From Pseudomonadota bacterium (GTDB lineage Bacteria > Pseudomonadota > Gammaproteobacteria > Steroidobacterales > JBCBZW01), in NCBI GenBank assembly GCA_039193195.1, contig JBCCWS010000005.1, positions 56,172 to 120,171 of the forward strand: a stretch of 64,000 nt of DNA, read 5' to 3'. The translations under genes and the position numbers were made by a program. Each line of letters begins with the position of its first letter. The stretch's first letter is position 1. Positions 1 to 10,360 of the stretch are shown here, piece by piece. The notes beneath the pieces are model-generated. The model was not told where the DNA came from. It saw only the letters and a program-made list of their open reading frames with translations, and made no database searches.

Positions 1-1097
1 CCGTTGACGCCGCTGTCGCAGATGACCTCATTGCTCTCGACATCGCGGATCTGCACCTCCGTCAGCGGCAGTGCGCGCCCGGCGGACCCCACCTTGGCCA
101 ACGCCTTGCTCGCCGGCAGCACCGTGCCACTGCCTTCGGTCATACCGTAGCCCTGCGTAACCAACGCGCCACGACCGAGCCACTTGCGCAGCATCGGCAC
201 GGGCACAGGGCCGCCAGCGGCGATGATCGTGAGGCCCGTGAAGTCGTGGGTGGCAAAGAGAGGGTGTTGCTCGAGGGCGATCAACATCGTTGGCACGGCA
301 AAGACCGTCGTCACCTTCCACTCGGCGAGGCTGTGGTAGACCGCATCGACATCGAAGCTCGGTAGCATCACCACCCGGCCGCCAGCTGCGATGTCGGTCA
401 GCGCGTACGCGAGAGAGGCGATGTGGAACATAGGCGCCACGGCCAAGGTGGTTGACGAGGCGTTAGGCCGGTTGGCTAGAAGTAGGTTGCATACCGTGGC
501 CCACACGTTGCCATGGGTGTAGACCACGCCCTTCGGCGTACCCGTGGTGCCCGAGGTGTACAGCATGAAGGCCGTGTCACCAGCGTGCGTCGATACGATG
601 CCATGCCGGGACCGGCCGTCAGTGCCTACCACTTTATGGAGCGATAAGGTGGTCCAGTGCGCTGGCGCCGAATCGATGCCGATCAGCGTTCTGCCGGCGA
701 GTTGCGGGCGAACGGCCTCCACCTGATCCTGGAACGCTGACCCAACGACGATCGCCTTGATGTCCGCATCTTCGGCGATGAACAGCACTTCCTCGCCGGC
801 GCTGCGCGGATTCAGGGGGAGGTAGACCGCGCCGAGACGGGACAGGGCGTACAGCAGCACCAACATGCCCGGTTGGTTTTCACCGAGGAACGCCACCCGA
901 TCTCCTCGCCCGATCCCGAGGTTGAGCAGCAGGTCGATCGCCGCGTCTACCTTGGCGACGATGTCAGCGTTGCGGTATGAGGTGCCTTGGAATACCACGG
1001 CAACCTGCTCTGGATCCTGCTCCGCGTTGTTGAAGAACGGTGCGCAGAGGTTGTCGGTGTAGACATAGCCGGTCGTTGCTGGTGTCACCTTAGCCAC
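1..1097 (-). CDS. Acyl-CoA synthetase / AMP-binding enzyme (3' end beyond window)
   Basis: Manual minus-strand translation from GTG at 1097 (AAGGAGG upstream) gives FMLYTSGTTGTPKGVVYTHG (AMP-binding motif) and QGYGMTE. Not in the ORF track because it is truncated. Confidence 0.88.
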   Translation of the reverse strand, partial: MAKVTPATTGYVYTDNLCAPFFNNAEQDPEQVAVVFQGTSYRNADIVAKVDAAIDLLLNLGIGRGDRVAFLGENQPGMLVLLYALSRLGAVYLPLNPRSAGEEVLFIAEDADIKAIVVGSAFQDQVEAVRPQLAGRTLIGIDSAPAHWTTLSLHKVVGTDGRSRHGIVSTHAGDTAFMLYTSGTTGTPKGVVYTHGNVWATVCNLLLANRPNASSTTLAVAPMFHIASLAYALTDIAAGGRVVMLPSFDVDAVYHSLAEWKVTTVFAVPTMLIALEQHPLFATHDFTGLTIIAAGGPVPVPMLRKWLGRGALVTQGYGMTEGSGTVLPASKALAKVGSAGRALPLTEVQIRDVESNEVICDSGVN

Positions 1098-1113
1098 AGC
1101 CTAGCCTCCTTCA

Positions 1114-1878
1114 TCATCCCGAAGTTTGCCCTGATGGGCGTTGGCGATCTTCGAGGGAGCCGGCCGTGCCGGTGATGTCGATGCCCGCCCGTTCGAAGCC
1201 GGCGCGCAGGTTGGCGATGTGTCGCGCCATCCAGGTGGCGGCGAGATCGCCGTCGCGCGCGCAGATGGCAGCGGTGATGTGCTCCTGGGCCTTCACGATG
1301 TGCCCCTGCGCATCCGGCAGGCGTTCGATGACGCGGATCATCGTGGGATTGGCGAGCAGGCTAAGAGATCTCAGCATCACGTTGATGACGCTGTTGCGTG
1401 CGGCGCGACCGATCGCGAACTGATAGTCGACTCCCAGGGCGACCACGTCCGCCGCCCGCTCGGCCCCTTGCAGCGCCTCGGTGATCTCGGCGAGCTGGGC
1501 GATGTCCTCGGCGCTGGCCCGCTCGGCGGCCAACCTGGCGCTGGCCGGCTGCAGGGCGGCGGTGGCCTCCCATACCTCCTCGAAGGTGGCGCCATGGCGT
1601 TCGAGGCCGCGGCTGGCCTGCTCGGCCGCGTGCTCGGCCTGTACTCGCGCCACCACCAGGCGCTTGCGGTTGATCCGCTGGGCCAATCCGGACTGCTCCA
1701 GCAGTCGGATCCCCTCGCGCACCGTCGAGCGCTGGACGCCCAGCTGCTCGCAAAGTACCTGCTCGGTGGGCATGGGTGCGCCCGGGACAAGCTCGCCACT
1801 CAGGATCGCCGTCTCCACAGCCTCGAAGACGCGGACGTACGCTGGCTGATCCTGGGGCTTTTCATGCAACGCCGACAT
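1114..1878 (-). CDS. GntR/FadR-family transcriptional regulator
   Basis: N-terminal wHTH (PTEQVLCEQLGVQRSTVREGIRLLEQSGL) plus FCD-like helical C-terminus. Confidence 0.9.
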   Translation of the reverse strand: MSALHEKPQDQPAYVRVFEAVETAILSGELVPGAPMPTEQVLCEQLGVQRSTVREGIRLLEQSGLAQRINRKRLVVARVQAEHAAEQASRGLERHGATFEEVWEATAALQPASARLAAERASAEDIAQLAEITEALQGAERAADVVALGVDYQFAIGRAARNSVINVMLRSLSLLANPTMIRVIERLPDAQGHIVKAQEHITAAICARDGDLAATWMARHIANLRAGFERAGIDITGTAGSLEDRQRPSGQTSG

Positions 1879-1924
1879 AAACGTTCCCGATCAAAGAGAT
1901 AGGGGCTCAAGGTTGATTTCGAGT

Positions 1925-1964
1925 ATGTCTGACATTAATCTCCCGGTCAATATTAATGTCAGAC
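1925..1964. promoter_or_regulatory. Probable FadR/GntR-type operator pair between the divergent regulator and fadH
   Basis: Palindrome ATGTCTGACAT (1925-1935). A 13-bp inverted repeat GTCTGACATTAAT (1927-1939) / ATTAATGTCAGAC (1952-1964). Resembles TnGTnnnACnA GntR boxes. Confidence 0.65.
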
Positions 1965-1982
1965 TTTATTGAGGATGTCGCC

Positions 1983-4058
1983 ATGTCGACCGTCGCCTCG
2001 GACACGCTTCATCGCGACTACCCGCTGCTGTTCTCGCCCCTGCGTATCGGCGACACGACCATCAAGAACCGCGCCATCATGGGATCGATGCACACGGGCC
2101 TCGAGGAGCAGGCGGACGGCAACCAGCGCCTCGCCGCCTTCTACGCGGAGCGTGCCCGCGCGGGCGTCGGGATGATCATCACCGGCGGGATCTCGCCCAA
2201 TCGCGAGGGGATCTCCGGCTACGCCGAGTCCGGCGTCGAGGCCATGCTGGGCTCGCCGGAGGAGGCGCAGTGGCATCGCGTGATCACCGAGGAGGTGCAT
2301 CGGGCCGCGCCGGATCTGAAGTTCATGCTGCAGATCCTCCACTGCGGTCCCTTGACGCGAAACGCCGATTGCGTCGGGCCTTCGGCGATCCGCTCGCCGA
2401 TCAACCCGTTCACCCCGCGCGCGCTCGACGAGGCGGGCATCTGGCAGCAGATCGAAGACTTCGCCCGCTGCGCCGCCTACGCCGAGCAGGCGGGCTACGA
2501 CGGCGTCGAGATCATCGGCTCCGCCGGCTACCTGATCTCTGCGTTCCTGGTCGAGAAGACCAACCAACGCCAGGATCCTTGGGGCGGCACCTACGAGCAC
2601 CGTATGCGTTTCGCCATGGAGGTGGTTCGTGCCGTACGCCAGGCCGTCTCGGCCGACTTCCTCGTGGCCTTTCGCATCGCCGCGATGGACATGCTGCAGG
2701 GAGGCATGTCGTGGGAGGAGATCGTCGCCCTTGCGCAGGCCCTTGAGAGCCTTGGCGTCTCCATCATCTCCTCGCACTTCACCTGGCATGAGTCGGCGGT
2801 GCCGACGATCGCCACCATGGTGCCCCGGGCGGCCTTCACCCGCGTCACGCGGCGCTTGCGCGAGAACGTTCGCGTGCCCGTGATTACCTCCAATCGCATC
2901 AACATGCCCGAGGTGGCGGAAGCGGTACTCGCCAATGGGGATGCGGACCTGGTGTCGATGGCGCGACCGTTCCTGGCCGATCCCGAGCTGATCGCCAAGG
3001 CTCGTGAGGGCAGGCGAGATGAGATCAACACCTGCATCGCCTGCAATCAGGCGTGTCTGGACCACCAGCTGGACGGTCATGAGGAGGTGTCCTGCCTGGT
3101 CAATCCTCGCGCCTGCCACGAGACGTTGCTCGTGCTAGATCCGACCAACGCGCAGCGCAAGCTCGCGGTGGTCGGCGCCGGGCCGGCCGGTCTCGCCTTT
3201 GCCACGCTCGCCGCTGAGCGCGGCCATGAGGTGGACTTGTACGAAGGCAGCGATCGCATCGGCGGCCAGTTCAACCTGGCCAGTCGCATTCCCGGTAAGG
3301 AAGAGTTCAACGAAACGCTTAGGTACTTCCAGCGTCGCATCGAGCTGACTGGGGTCAAGCTGTTCCTACGCCGGCGCGTCGACGCTGAGTTTCTGGCCGC
3401 CCAGGGTTACGACGAGGTCGTGCTGGCGACCGGTATCGAGCCGCGCGTCCCGACCATCGACGGCATCGACCATCCCAAGGTCATGAGTTACGTGGAGGCC
3501 ATTCGCGGCGCACGCGCGATAGGACAGCGCGTCGCCATCATCGGTGCTGGCGGCATCGGCTTTGACGTCGCCGAGCTCATCTCCCACGAGGGCGTGTCCG
3601 CCGCGCTCGACATCGACAAGTTCGCCCGCGAGTGGGGCATCGATTTCGAGAACCATCCGCGCGGCGGGGTCACCGGCATCGCACCCCGTGTCGATCGTGC
3701 TGCGCGCGAGGTGTGGCTGCTGCAGCGTAAGAGCAGCTCGCCGGGCAAGAGCCTCGGCAAGTCGACGGGATGGACCAAGAAGATCCTGCTCAAGCGCCGC
3801 GGCGTGAAGATGCTGACCGGCGTGCGCTACGAGAGGATCGACGACGGCGGCCTGCACTGTACGATCGAGGGTGAGCGGGTCACCGTTCCGGCGGACACGG
3901 TAATCGTCTGCGCGGGGCAGTTGTCCGTGCGCGAGCTGATGGATCCGGTGACTGCCGCGGGGATCAAGGCGACGCTGATCGGCGGAGCGCACGAAGCGGC
4001 GGAGCTGGATGCGGAGCGTGCGATTCGCCAAGCGGCGTACCTGGCAGCCGAGATCTGA
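1983..4058 (+). CDS. fadH: NADPH-dependent 2,4-dienoyl-CoA reductase
   Basis: MGSMHTGLEE OYE barrel, 4Fe-4S motif CIACNQAC...CLVNP, two GxGxxG motifs, GKSLGKSTGW. Start chosen at 1983 after GAGGA. Confidence 0.93.
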   Translation: MSTVASDTLHRDYPLLFSPLRIGDTTIKNRAIMGSMHTGLEEQADGNQRLAAFYAERARAGVGMIITGGISPNREGISGYAESGVEAMLGSPEEAQWHRVITEEVHRAAPDLKFMLQILHCGPLTRNADCVGPSAIRSPINPFTPRALDEAGIWQQIEDFARCAAYAEQAGYDGVEIIGSAGYLISAFLVEKTNQRQDPWGGTYEHRMRFAMEVVRAVRQAVSADFLVAFRIAAMDMLQGGMSWEEIVALAQALESLGVSIISSHFTWHESAVPTIATMVPRAAFTRVTRRLRENVRVPVITSNRINMPEVAEAVLANGDADLVSMARPFLADPELIAKAREGRRDEINTCIACNQACLDHQLDGHEEVSCLVNPRACHETLLVLDPTNAQRKLAVVGAGPAGLAFATLAAERGHEVDLYEGSDRIGGQFNLASRIPGKEEFNETLRYFQRRIELTGVKLFLRRRVDAEFLAAQGYDEVVLATGIEPRVPTIDGIDHPKVMSYVEAIRGARAIGQRVAIIGAGGIGFDVAELISHEGVSAALDIDKFAREWGIDFENHPRGGVTGIAPRVDRAAREVWLLQRKSSSPGKSLGKSTGWTKKILLKRRGVKMLTGVRYERIDDGGLHCTIEGERVTVPADTVIVCAGQLSVRELMDPVTAAGIKATLIGGAHEAAELDAERAIRQAAYLAAEI

Positions 4059-4107
4059 AGTTGGGTGGAGTTTTGCATCCCTCACCTGGGATGCGAGAGG
4101 GGCAGCG

Positions 4108-4131
4108 CGGCCGGTCAGCATCGACCGGCCG
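4108..4131. terminator. Hairpin between convergent fadH and TonB receptor genes (possible terminator)
   Basis: CGGCCGGTC-AGCATC-GACCGGCCG 9-bp stem; no clear U-tract. Confidence 0.35.
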
Positions 4132-4144
4132 GGGTGATCGACCC

Positions 4145-6535
4145 CTAGTAGCGCAGGACCAGCTCGAGGGTTACCGTGCGCGGCGGATCGAGACGAACGA
4201 AGCGCGTGCCATTGAACAGAGGCACGTCGTTGCCGTAGTGGAAGGTCTGCTCGTCGGTCACGTTCTGGGCGATGAGCGATAGGGACCAGCGATTCTCTGC
4301 ACCGCTCAAGCCGGCGCGCAGGTTGAGTTTGGCGTAAGCCTCCTGACGTAATGCCTCGTCCAAGTCCCGCTCGACGAAGAAGTCGTCCTCGTAGATCAGC
4401 GTCGCGCCGAGGCGCGCTCGCAGGCCGAAGCCGATCTCTCGCGCCCAGTCCAGATTGAGGTTGAAGCTGAAATCCGGCGTGTTGACCCCGGTCTCGCCCT
4501 CGAAGTCCGTGACGCAACCGGCCTGACCTAAGGAGGCGGCGGTCAGCGTACGGTAGACGTCGCACGGCGCGTTGGGGAAGCTCTGGTACTCGAAGTTTAG
4601 GAACGACCCGCCGCCGCTCAGGAGCAGGCTGTCGGTGAGCTGCCAACGTCCTTCGAACTCGGCGCCGATCAGATTGACGTCCGCTGCGTTGTCGACGAGG
4701 AAGGACAGGCCGCCATTGAAGGCGGAGAACTGCAGGTCTTCGTATTGGGTGTAGAACACCGCTGCGTTGAGTTCCGCGGCGCCACCCAACAGGGATGACT
4801 TGAGCCCGAGCTCATAGGCCGTGGCCTGTTCCTCTTCGAATTGGAAGCGCTCGGCGTACTCCTCGTCGTTGACGATGCCATCGGCAGCGTCGTCGAGGGC
4901 GATGCGGGCATCAAAGCCCCCCGACTTGAAGCCGATGCTGCCGCTCAGATACACCATCAACGAGTCGGTGGCGTCCCACTGCAGGTTGATCGATGGCGTG
5001 AAGTTATCCTGGGTGAACGTCTGCGTCGGGATGGCATGTTCCTCGAGGTTGAATCCAGCGGCGAGACCGAAGGCCGCCGCTTCGGCATCCGCCCGCGGCA
5101 GTCCCACGACGTCGACGAAGTAATCGGCAAGGCGGATATCGCGTGCCGCATCGTTCAAGGCGTAGCGCTGGTTGGCACGCTTCTCCTCGCTGGAGAAGCG
5201 CATGCCGAAGGTCATGCGGAAGGTGTCCGACACGTTCCAGGTGCCCTGGCCGAAGATCGCGAAGATCTCGCCCGTCTGCTCGAAGTCCTGGTTGATGGCG
5301 ACGTTGGTGCCCACGGTGCCGCCGAGTAGGGAGGCGTCGTTGAGGTTGATTTGCTCGCCGAGGAAGAAGTCGTTGTCCTCGTAGTATAGGCCTGCCAGCC
5401 AATCAAAGGCCTGGTCGCCCGGCGAGGTCAGTCGAATCTCTTGGGTGAAGGCGTGGTAGTCCTCGAACTGGTTGGTGTTGGTTGTGGGAATGACCAGGCC
5501 AGCGCCGGGGTTGATCTCGAACAAGCGAGAGGTCGAATAGCCGGTGACCAGGTTCAGCGTGTAGTCGCCAATCCCATACTCGATGTTCAGCGCCGTCAAG
5601 GACGTCTCCACGTCCGAGAGTTCCTCCTGATCGAAGAAGGCAGAGCCGTCGACGTTCGTGCTGCCCGTGTTGTAGTCACCCTCGCAGTCCGTAAAGACCG
5701 GTTGGCAGCCGGACACTGCCGTGAACAAGGGGTCTTCGATGGTGCTGCCAGGCAAGATGGTGATCGCCTCGTCGATGCTGATCTCCCATCCCTTGCCATC
5801 GAGTTCGAGGTTGTACTGTTCATAGGAGAGGTTGACGCTGAGATTATCGACAGGCTCCCACAGGAGGGAGGCGCGTACGTTGTCGGACTCGCCCGAAGGT
5901 TCGTCGCGATCCAGCAGCACGTTGTCGACGAAACCCTCTTCCTCGGTGAGGCGGAAGGCGACGCGGGCGCTGAGCGTATCGGTGATGCCGCCGTTCAGGA
6001 AACCGGCGAGCGATTGACTCCCGAAGGCCGCCTCATGCCGGGCACGCAGCTCTGCGGCTAGCTCTTGCTCCGGAAGGCGTGGCGTGACGCTGACGGCGCC
6101 GGCGATCGTGTTGCGCCCGAACAGGGTGGCCTGCGGACCGCGCAGGATCTCAACCCGCTCCACATCCAGGAAGGCGGAACGGTACTGGGTGCCGCGCCCG
6201 AGGTAGACGCCGTTGGAGAACAGGCCAACAGACTGATCGAATCCCTGGTTACCGCCCGATGCGATGCCGCGAATGTTGATTCGATCGGAGATCTGCTCTT
6301 GCACGATCGTAACGTTCGGCAAGGTCAGGCTGAGTTGACTCAGATCCGTGATCGCGGCGGCTTCGAGGGCATCTCCGCCCACCGCTGCCACCGATATGGG
6401 TACGTCCTGCAAAGACTCCGCCCGCTTCTGTGCGGTAACGATGACTTCTTCAAGCGCCTGCCCGTACGCCGCAGTGCAAAGTACGATCGCTGAGGTGGCA
6501 ACTAACGCTGAGGTGTATGGCAATCCGTTTTGCAT
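4145..6535 (-). CDS. TonB-dependent outer-membrane receptor
   Basis: Signal peptide, TonB box LEEVIVTAQKR, plug ERVEILRGPQATLFGRN, beta-barrel with a C-terminal aromatic residue. Confidence 0.95.
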   Translation of the reverse strand: MQNGLPYTSALVATSAIVLCTAAYGQALEEVIVTAQKRAESLQDVPISVAAVGGDALEAAAITDLSQLSLTLPNVTIVQEQISDRINIRGIASGGNQGFDQSVGLFSNGVYLGRGTQYRSAFLDVERVEILRGPQATLFGRNTIAGAVSVTPRLPEQELAAELRARHEAAFGSQSLAGFLNGGITDTLSARVAFRLTEEEGFVDNVLLDRDEPSGESDNVRASLLWEPVDNLSVNLSYEQYNLELDGKGWEISIDEAITILPGSTIEDPLFTAVSGCQPVFTDCEGDYNTGSTNVDGSAFFDQEELSDVETSLTALNIEYGIGDYTLNLVTGYSTSRLFEINPGAGLVIPTTNTNQFEDYHAFTQEIRLTSPGDQAFDWLAGLYYEDNDFFLGEQINLNDASLLGGTVGTNVAINQDFEQTGEIFAIFGQGTWNVSDTFRMTFGMRFSSEEKRANQRYALNDAARDIRLADYFVDVVGLPRADAEAAAFGLAAGFNLEEHAIPTQTFTQDNFTPSINLQWDATDSLMVYLSGSIGFKSGGFDARIALDDAADGIVNDEEYAERFQFEEEQATAYELGLKSSLLGGAAELNAAVFYTQYEDLQFSAFNGGLSFLVDNAADVNLIGAEFEGRWQLTDSLLLSGGGSFLNFEYQSFPNAPCDVYRTLTAASLGQAGCVTDFEGETGVNTPDFSFNLNLDWAREIGFGLRARLGATLIYEDDFFVERDLDEALRQEAYAKLNLRAGLSGAENRWSLSLIAQNVTDEQTFHYGNDVPLFNGTRFVRLDPPRTVTLELVLRY

Positions 6536-6710
6536 GGTGTCCCCCCGACCCATGAGCTCGACTTTGATTCATCACAATCGAATGTAGTGCTTTCCATCGT
6601 TGCGAACCCCCCACCAAAGTGTGGGGTATTGGTGTTCGGTGTTGGTATGTATGCTCAGGCAAACCGCGGGGAGCGGTAGAGGCACCGAAGCGCAAAGTGA
6701 TGGACAGCCG

Positions 6711-9080
6711 ATGACGCCAACTGCCAACACGCCGATCATCGTCGGCGCTGGACAGATCACCGAGCGGGTGCCGGCGGATCTGTCCATGTGCTCATCACAT
6801 GCCGACCTTGCGGCTGCTGCCTCTGCGCGCGCCCTCGAAGATGCATTCGCCACGCCGTCCAGCGAGGCGGTTGACGCTATCGTGTGCGTGCGCACTTTTG
6901 CCGACTCGTCCGACGCCTTCCGCTGCCCCTTCGGCAGCCCTGATAATTTTCCGCGCGCAGTTGCACAACGTCTCGATGCGCAGGTGGCGTGCGCGGTATA
7001 CAGCACGGCCGGGGGCCATTCGCCCCAGTCCCTGGTCGGCGAGTTTGCCGAACGGTTGTTTCGCGGGGAGCACCGTGCAGTGCTGTTGGCGGGCGGCGAG
7101 GCGATCGCCAACACCCGTGCTGCGGTCCGTGCAGGCACGCCACTCGACTGGAGTGAGCAGATCGGCGGGCAACTCGAGGATCGTGGCCGATCCGATGGGC
7201 ACGCGCTCTTTTGCGCCGAGGAGATCCGCCACGGTGTGACTATTGCGGCCCACTACTACGGCCTCATCGAGCAAGCGCGACGCCACGCCCTCGGTGAGGA
7301 CCGGGCGACCTACGATCGCGCCATGGCCGAGTGCTTCGCCGCCATGTCCGCCGTCGCGGCGTCTAATCCTCACGCCATGTTCCCGCAACGCTACAGCGCT
7401 GAGGAGCTACTGAAGGTAAGCGATGACAATCGCATGATTTCGCTTCCATACCCTAGGCGTCTGGTAGCCAAGGACGGCGTCAACCAAGGGGCGGCTCTGC
7501 TGATGACCACCGTGGGTGTCGCCCGCGAACTGGGTATCGCCGAGGAGAAGTGGGTCTTCCTGCACGGCTATGCCCACACGGCCGACAAGGTGCTCACGCG
7601 AAGACCACGCCTAGGGGAATCGTTGGCGATGGGCGAGGCCCTGCGTGGCGCCGTGGGTGCGGCGGGCGCCTCGACCAGCGCACTCGCCTACCTGGATCTG
7701 TACAGCTGCTTCCCGGTGGTAGTCCTCGAGGCGCGCGACGCGCTTGGCATTGACGTCAGGGACCCGCGCCCGCTTACGCAGACCGGAGGCCTGGCCTTCT
7801 TCGGCGGCGCGGGCAACAACTACTCCATGCACGCCATCGCGCAAATGGTGCCGACCCTGCGCGCAGACCCGGGAGCGAGCGGGCTCGTCTACGCCAACGG
7901 TGGGTGGATGTCCAAGCACGCGGCCGGTGTCTACAGTGCGTCGCCACCTGCACAGCCGTGGTCGCCCTGCGACAGCAGCGCGCTGCAGGCCACCGTCGAC
8001 GCGCAGACCCGCGAAGTAGTAGACGAATTGCCGAAGGGCGAGGCCTGCGTGGAGAGCTACATCGTGACCTACGATCGCTCGGGAGACCCGTCGGGCAGCG
8101 TCGTGGTTGGACGACTGCACGAGAGCGGGCGGCGATTCCTCGCCGTCAACGCGCCAGGCGATGCGCGAACCCTTGCGCATACGGCAGAGCATGACGTGCT
8201 CGGACAAACCGTCTACGTCAAGGACGACCCCGCGGGCAATCGCTACGCATACAGTGAGTCAGACCTTGCGAGAGCGTCCCGCCTGCGCGCGCGAAAATTT
8301 CAAGATAGCTATGAATACTGCGAAGTGGATCGTAGCGATCACATCCTCACGGTCACAATCGCGCGCCCGCAGGTGCGTAACGCGTTGCACCCGGCGGCCA
8401 ATCAGGAGCTCGAAGACATCTTCGACTGCTACGAGAGCGATGATGAGCTGCGAGTCGCCATCCTCACCGGCACTGGAACCGAGTCCTTCTCCGCCGGCAA
8501 TGATCTCAAGTACATGGCCAGCGGCAAGTCCGTATGGGTGCCGCGATCGGGCTTCGCCGGCCTTACGCGTCGCGCGGCGCGCGTCAAGCCCGTCATCGCC
8601 GCCGTCAACGGCACCGCGCTCGGCGGTGGTCTCGAGATCGCCATGGCTTGCGACATCATCATCGCCGTCGAGCACGCCGTATTCGGTCTGCCCGAAGTCA
8701 AAGTGGGCCTGTTCGCGGGCATGGGCGGTGTGCAGCGCCTCACGCGACAGATCGGTATGAAAAGGGCCATGGAGATGCTGCTGACGGGCGCCTCCATCGA
8801 CGCTCGCGAGGCGCTCTCGTTCGGGTTGATCAACGCCGTGGTGCCGATGGACGAGCTGGCGAAAGCTGCCAGGAAGATGGCCGAGGCCGTCGCACGATGC
8901 TCACCCCTGTCGATTCGCTGCACGATGCAGCTGCTCAATGACACCGCATCCTTTGCAAGCGTCGACGAGGCCGTCACTCAGCCGAACGATTTGCTCGATC
9001 GCCTGCTCAATAGCGAGGACATGTATGAGGGCATGGCGGCGTTCGCCGAAAAGCGCTCGCCCCGCTGGCGCGGGCGTTGA
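6711..9080 (+). CDS. Thiolase-like (acetyl-CoA acetyltransferase family) fused to enoyl-CoA hydratase
   Basis: N-terminal part has DLYSCFP and TGGLAFFGGAGNNY. C-terminal crotonase has FSAGNDLK, AAVNGTALGGGLE and FGLPEVKVG. Confidence 0.85.
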   Translation: MTPTANTPIIVGAGQITERVPADLSMCSSHADLAAAASARALEDAFATPSSEAVDAIVCVRTFADSSDAFRCPFGSPDNFPRAVAQRLDAQVACAVYSTAGGHSPQSLVGEFAERLFRGEHRAVLLAGGEAIANTRAAVRAGTPLDWSEQIGGQLEDRGRSDGHALFCAEEIRHGVTIAAHYYGLIEQARRHALGEDRATYDRAMAECFAAMSAVAASNPHAMFPQRYSAEELLKVSDDNRMISLPYPRRLVAKDGVNQGAALLMTTVGVARELGIAEEKWVFLHGYAHTADKVLTRRPRLGESLAMGEALRGAVGAAGASTSALAYLDLYSCFPVVVLEARDALGIDVRDPRPLTQTGGLAFFGGAGNNYSMHAIAQMVPTLRADPGASGLVYANGGWMSKHAAGVYSASPPAQPWSPCDSSALQATVDAQTREVVDELPKGEACVESYIVTYDRSGDPSGSVVVGRLHESGRRFLAVNAPGDARTLAHTAEHDVLGQTVYVKDDPAGNRYAYSESDLARASRLRARKFQDSYEYCEVDRSDHILTVTIARPQVRNALHPAANQELEDIFDCYESDDELRVAILTGTGTESFSAGNDLKYMASGKSVWVPRSGFAGLTRRAARVKPVIAAVNGTALGGGLEIAMACDIIIAVEHAVFGLPEVKVGLFAGMGGVQRLTRQIGMKRAMEMLLTGASIDAREALSFGLINAVVPMDELAKAARKMAEAVARCSPLSIRCTMQLLNDTASFASVDEAVTQPNDLLDRLLNSEDMYEGMAAFAEKRSPRWRGR

Positions 9081-9142
9081 TGGCCCGAGCGTTGGAGTGT
9101 CGCCCGGTGCGCGCTATCCGGCGTCTGCTTACCAGCGGCCCA

Positions 9143-10306
9143 CTAGATCCGCTCGATGATGGTGCCGGTGCCAAGACCCCCGCCGCAGCACATCGCCACC
9201 AGCGCGTAGCGCTCCTCCCGGCGTTCCAGTTCGTGTAGGGCCGTGGTCAGTAGGCGTGCGCCCGTCGCGCCCGTGGGATGGCCGAGGGCGATGGCGCCGC
9301 CGTTTACGTTGACTTTCTCCGGATCCACGGCGAGGGCCTGCTGCCAGGCGAGTACGACCGAGGCGAACGCCTCGTTGACTTCGAACAGGTCGATCGCGTC
9401 GATCGACAGACCGGCCTGCGCCAACACCTTGCGCGTCGCCGGGATCGGCCCCTTCAGCATGGTCACCGGATCGCATCCGACCAGGGTCGTGGCCACGATC
9501 TTGGCGCGGGCGAGGAGGCCAAGGGCATCGACGGCTTTTCGACTGGCGAGGATCACCGCTGCGGCGCCGTCGCTGATCTGCGAGCTGGTGCCAGCCGTGT
9601 GATAGGACTGTCCCGCCACCGGCTCCAGGCTGGCCAACCCCTCGAGGCTGGTCTCGCGCAGGCCCTCGTCCCGGGCCACCGTGTTCGAAGCGCCTGTCGG
9701 CTTCAGTTCCTTGTCCACCTGCGGCGCCTCGAGGGGGATGATCTCGCGTTCGAAGCGTTGCGCTTGCCATGCTTGCGCGGCCTTGTGCTGGCTGGCGAGG
9801 CCAAAGGCGTCGAGATCGGCGCGGCTGAGGTGATACTCCTCGGCGATCATCGCCGCACCCTCGAACTGCGTGGTCGGCTGGAAGTGACTGGCGTAGCTCT
9901 CACCCGTCGGCACGCCGCCAGCCATGTTGGCGAAGAGCGGTATGCGGCTCATCATCTCCACCCCGCAACAGAGCACGATGTCTTCGGCGCCTGAGGCCAC
10001 TAGGGCGGCACCGAGGCTCGTCGCCTGCTGTGACGAGCCGCATTGGGAGTCAACGGTGGTGGCCGCGACATCCTCGGGGAATCCCATCGACAGCCAGGCG
10101 ATGCGCGCGATGTTGCACGACTGCTCATTGATCTGAGACACGCAACCGCCGATCACCTGCCCGACTAGGGACGGATCGACGCCCGCCCGAACCAAGGCAC
10201 CCGCCTGAACCCTGCCCAACAGATCTGCGGGCAACAGCCCGGCGAGCCCCTTACCGCGTTTGCCGATCGCACTGCGTGCGGCGCTGACGATGTAGACGTC
10301 TTGCAC
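9143..10306 (-). CDS. Acetyl-CoA C-acyltransferase (thiolase, FadA5-like)
   Basis: QCGSSQQA (catalytic Cys), NEAF, GGAIALGHPTGATG, MCCGGG. Confidence 0.93.
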   Translation of the reverse strand: MQDVYIVSAARSAIGKRGKGLAGLLPADLLGRVQAGALVRAGVDPSLVGQVIGGCVSQINEQSCNIARIAWLSMGFPEDVAATTVDSQCGSSQQATSLGAALVASGAEDIVLCCGVEMMSRIPLFANMAGGVPTGESYASHFQPTTQFEGAAMIAEEYHLSRADLDAFGLASQHKAAQAWQAQRFEREIIPLEAPQVDKELKPTGASNTVARDEGLRETSLEGLASLEPVAGQSYHTAGTSSQISDGAAAVILASRKAVDALGLLARAKIVATTLVGCDPVTMLKGPIPATRKVLAQAGLSIDAIDLFEVNEAFASVVLAWQQALAVDPEKVNVNGGAIALGHPTGATGARLLTTALHELERREERYALVAMCCGGGLGTGTIIERI

Positions 10307-10360
10307 GAGGAGTCTCCTGTTGATGTGATGGCACCGCGGTGCCATGAAGCGGTGGAGTCA

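Noticed and set aside
6609..6626. CCCCAC-N-GTGGGG palindromes here and at 24695-24710 as a shared operator
   Set aside because: Spacer lengths differ (6 vs 4) and GC-rich 6-mers arise easily by chance.
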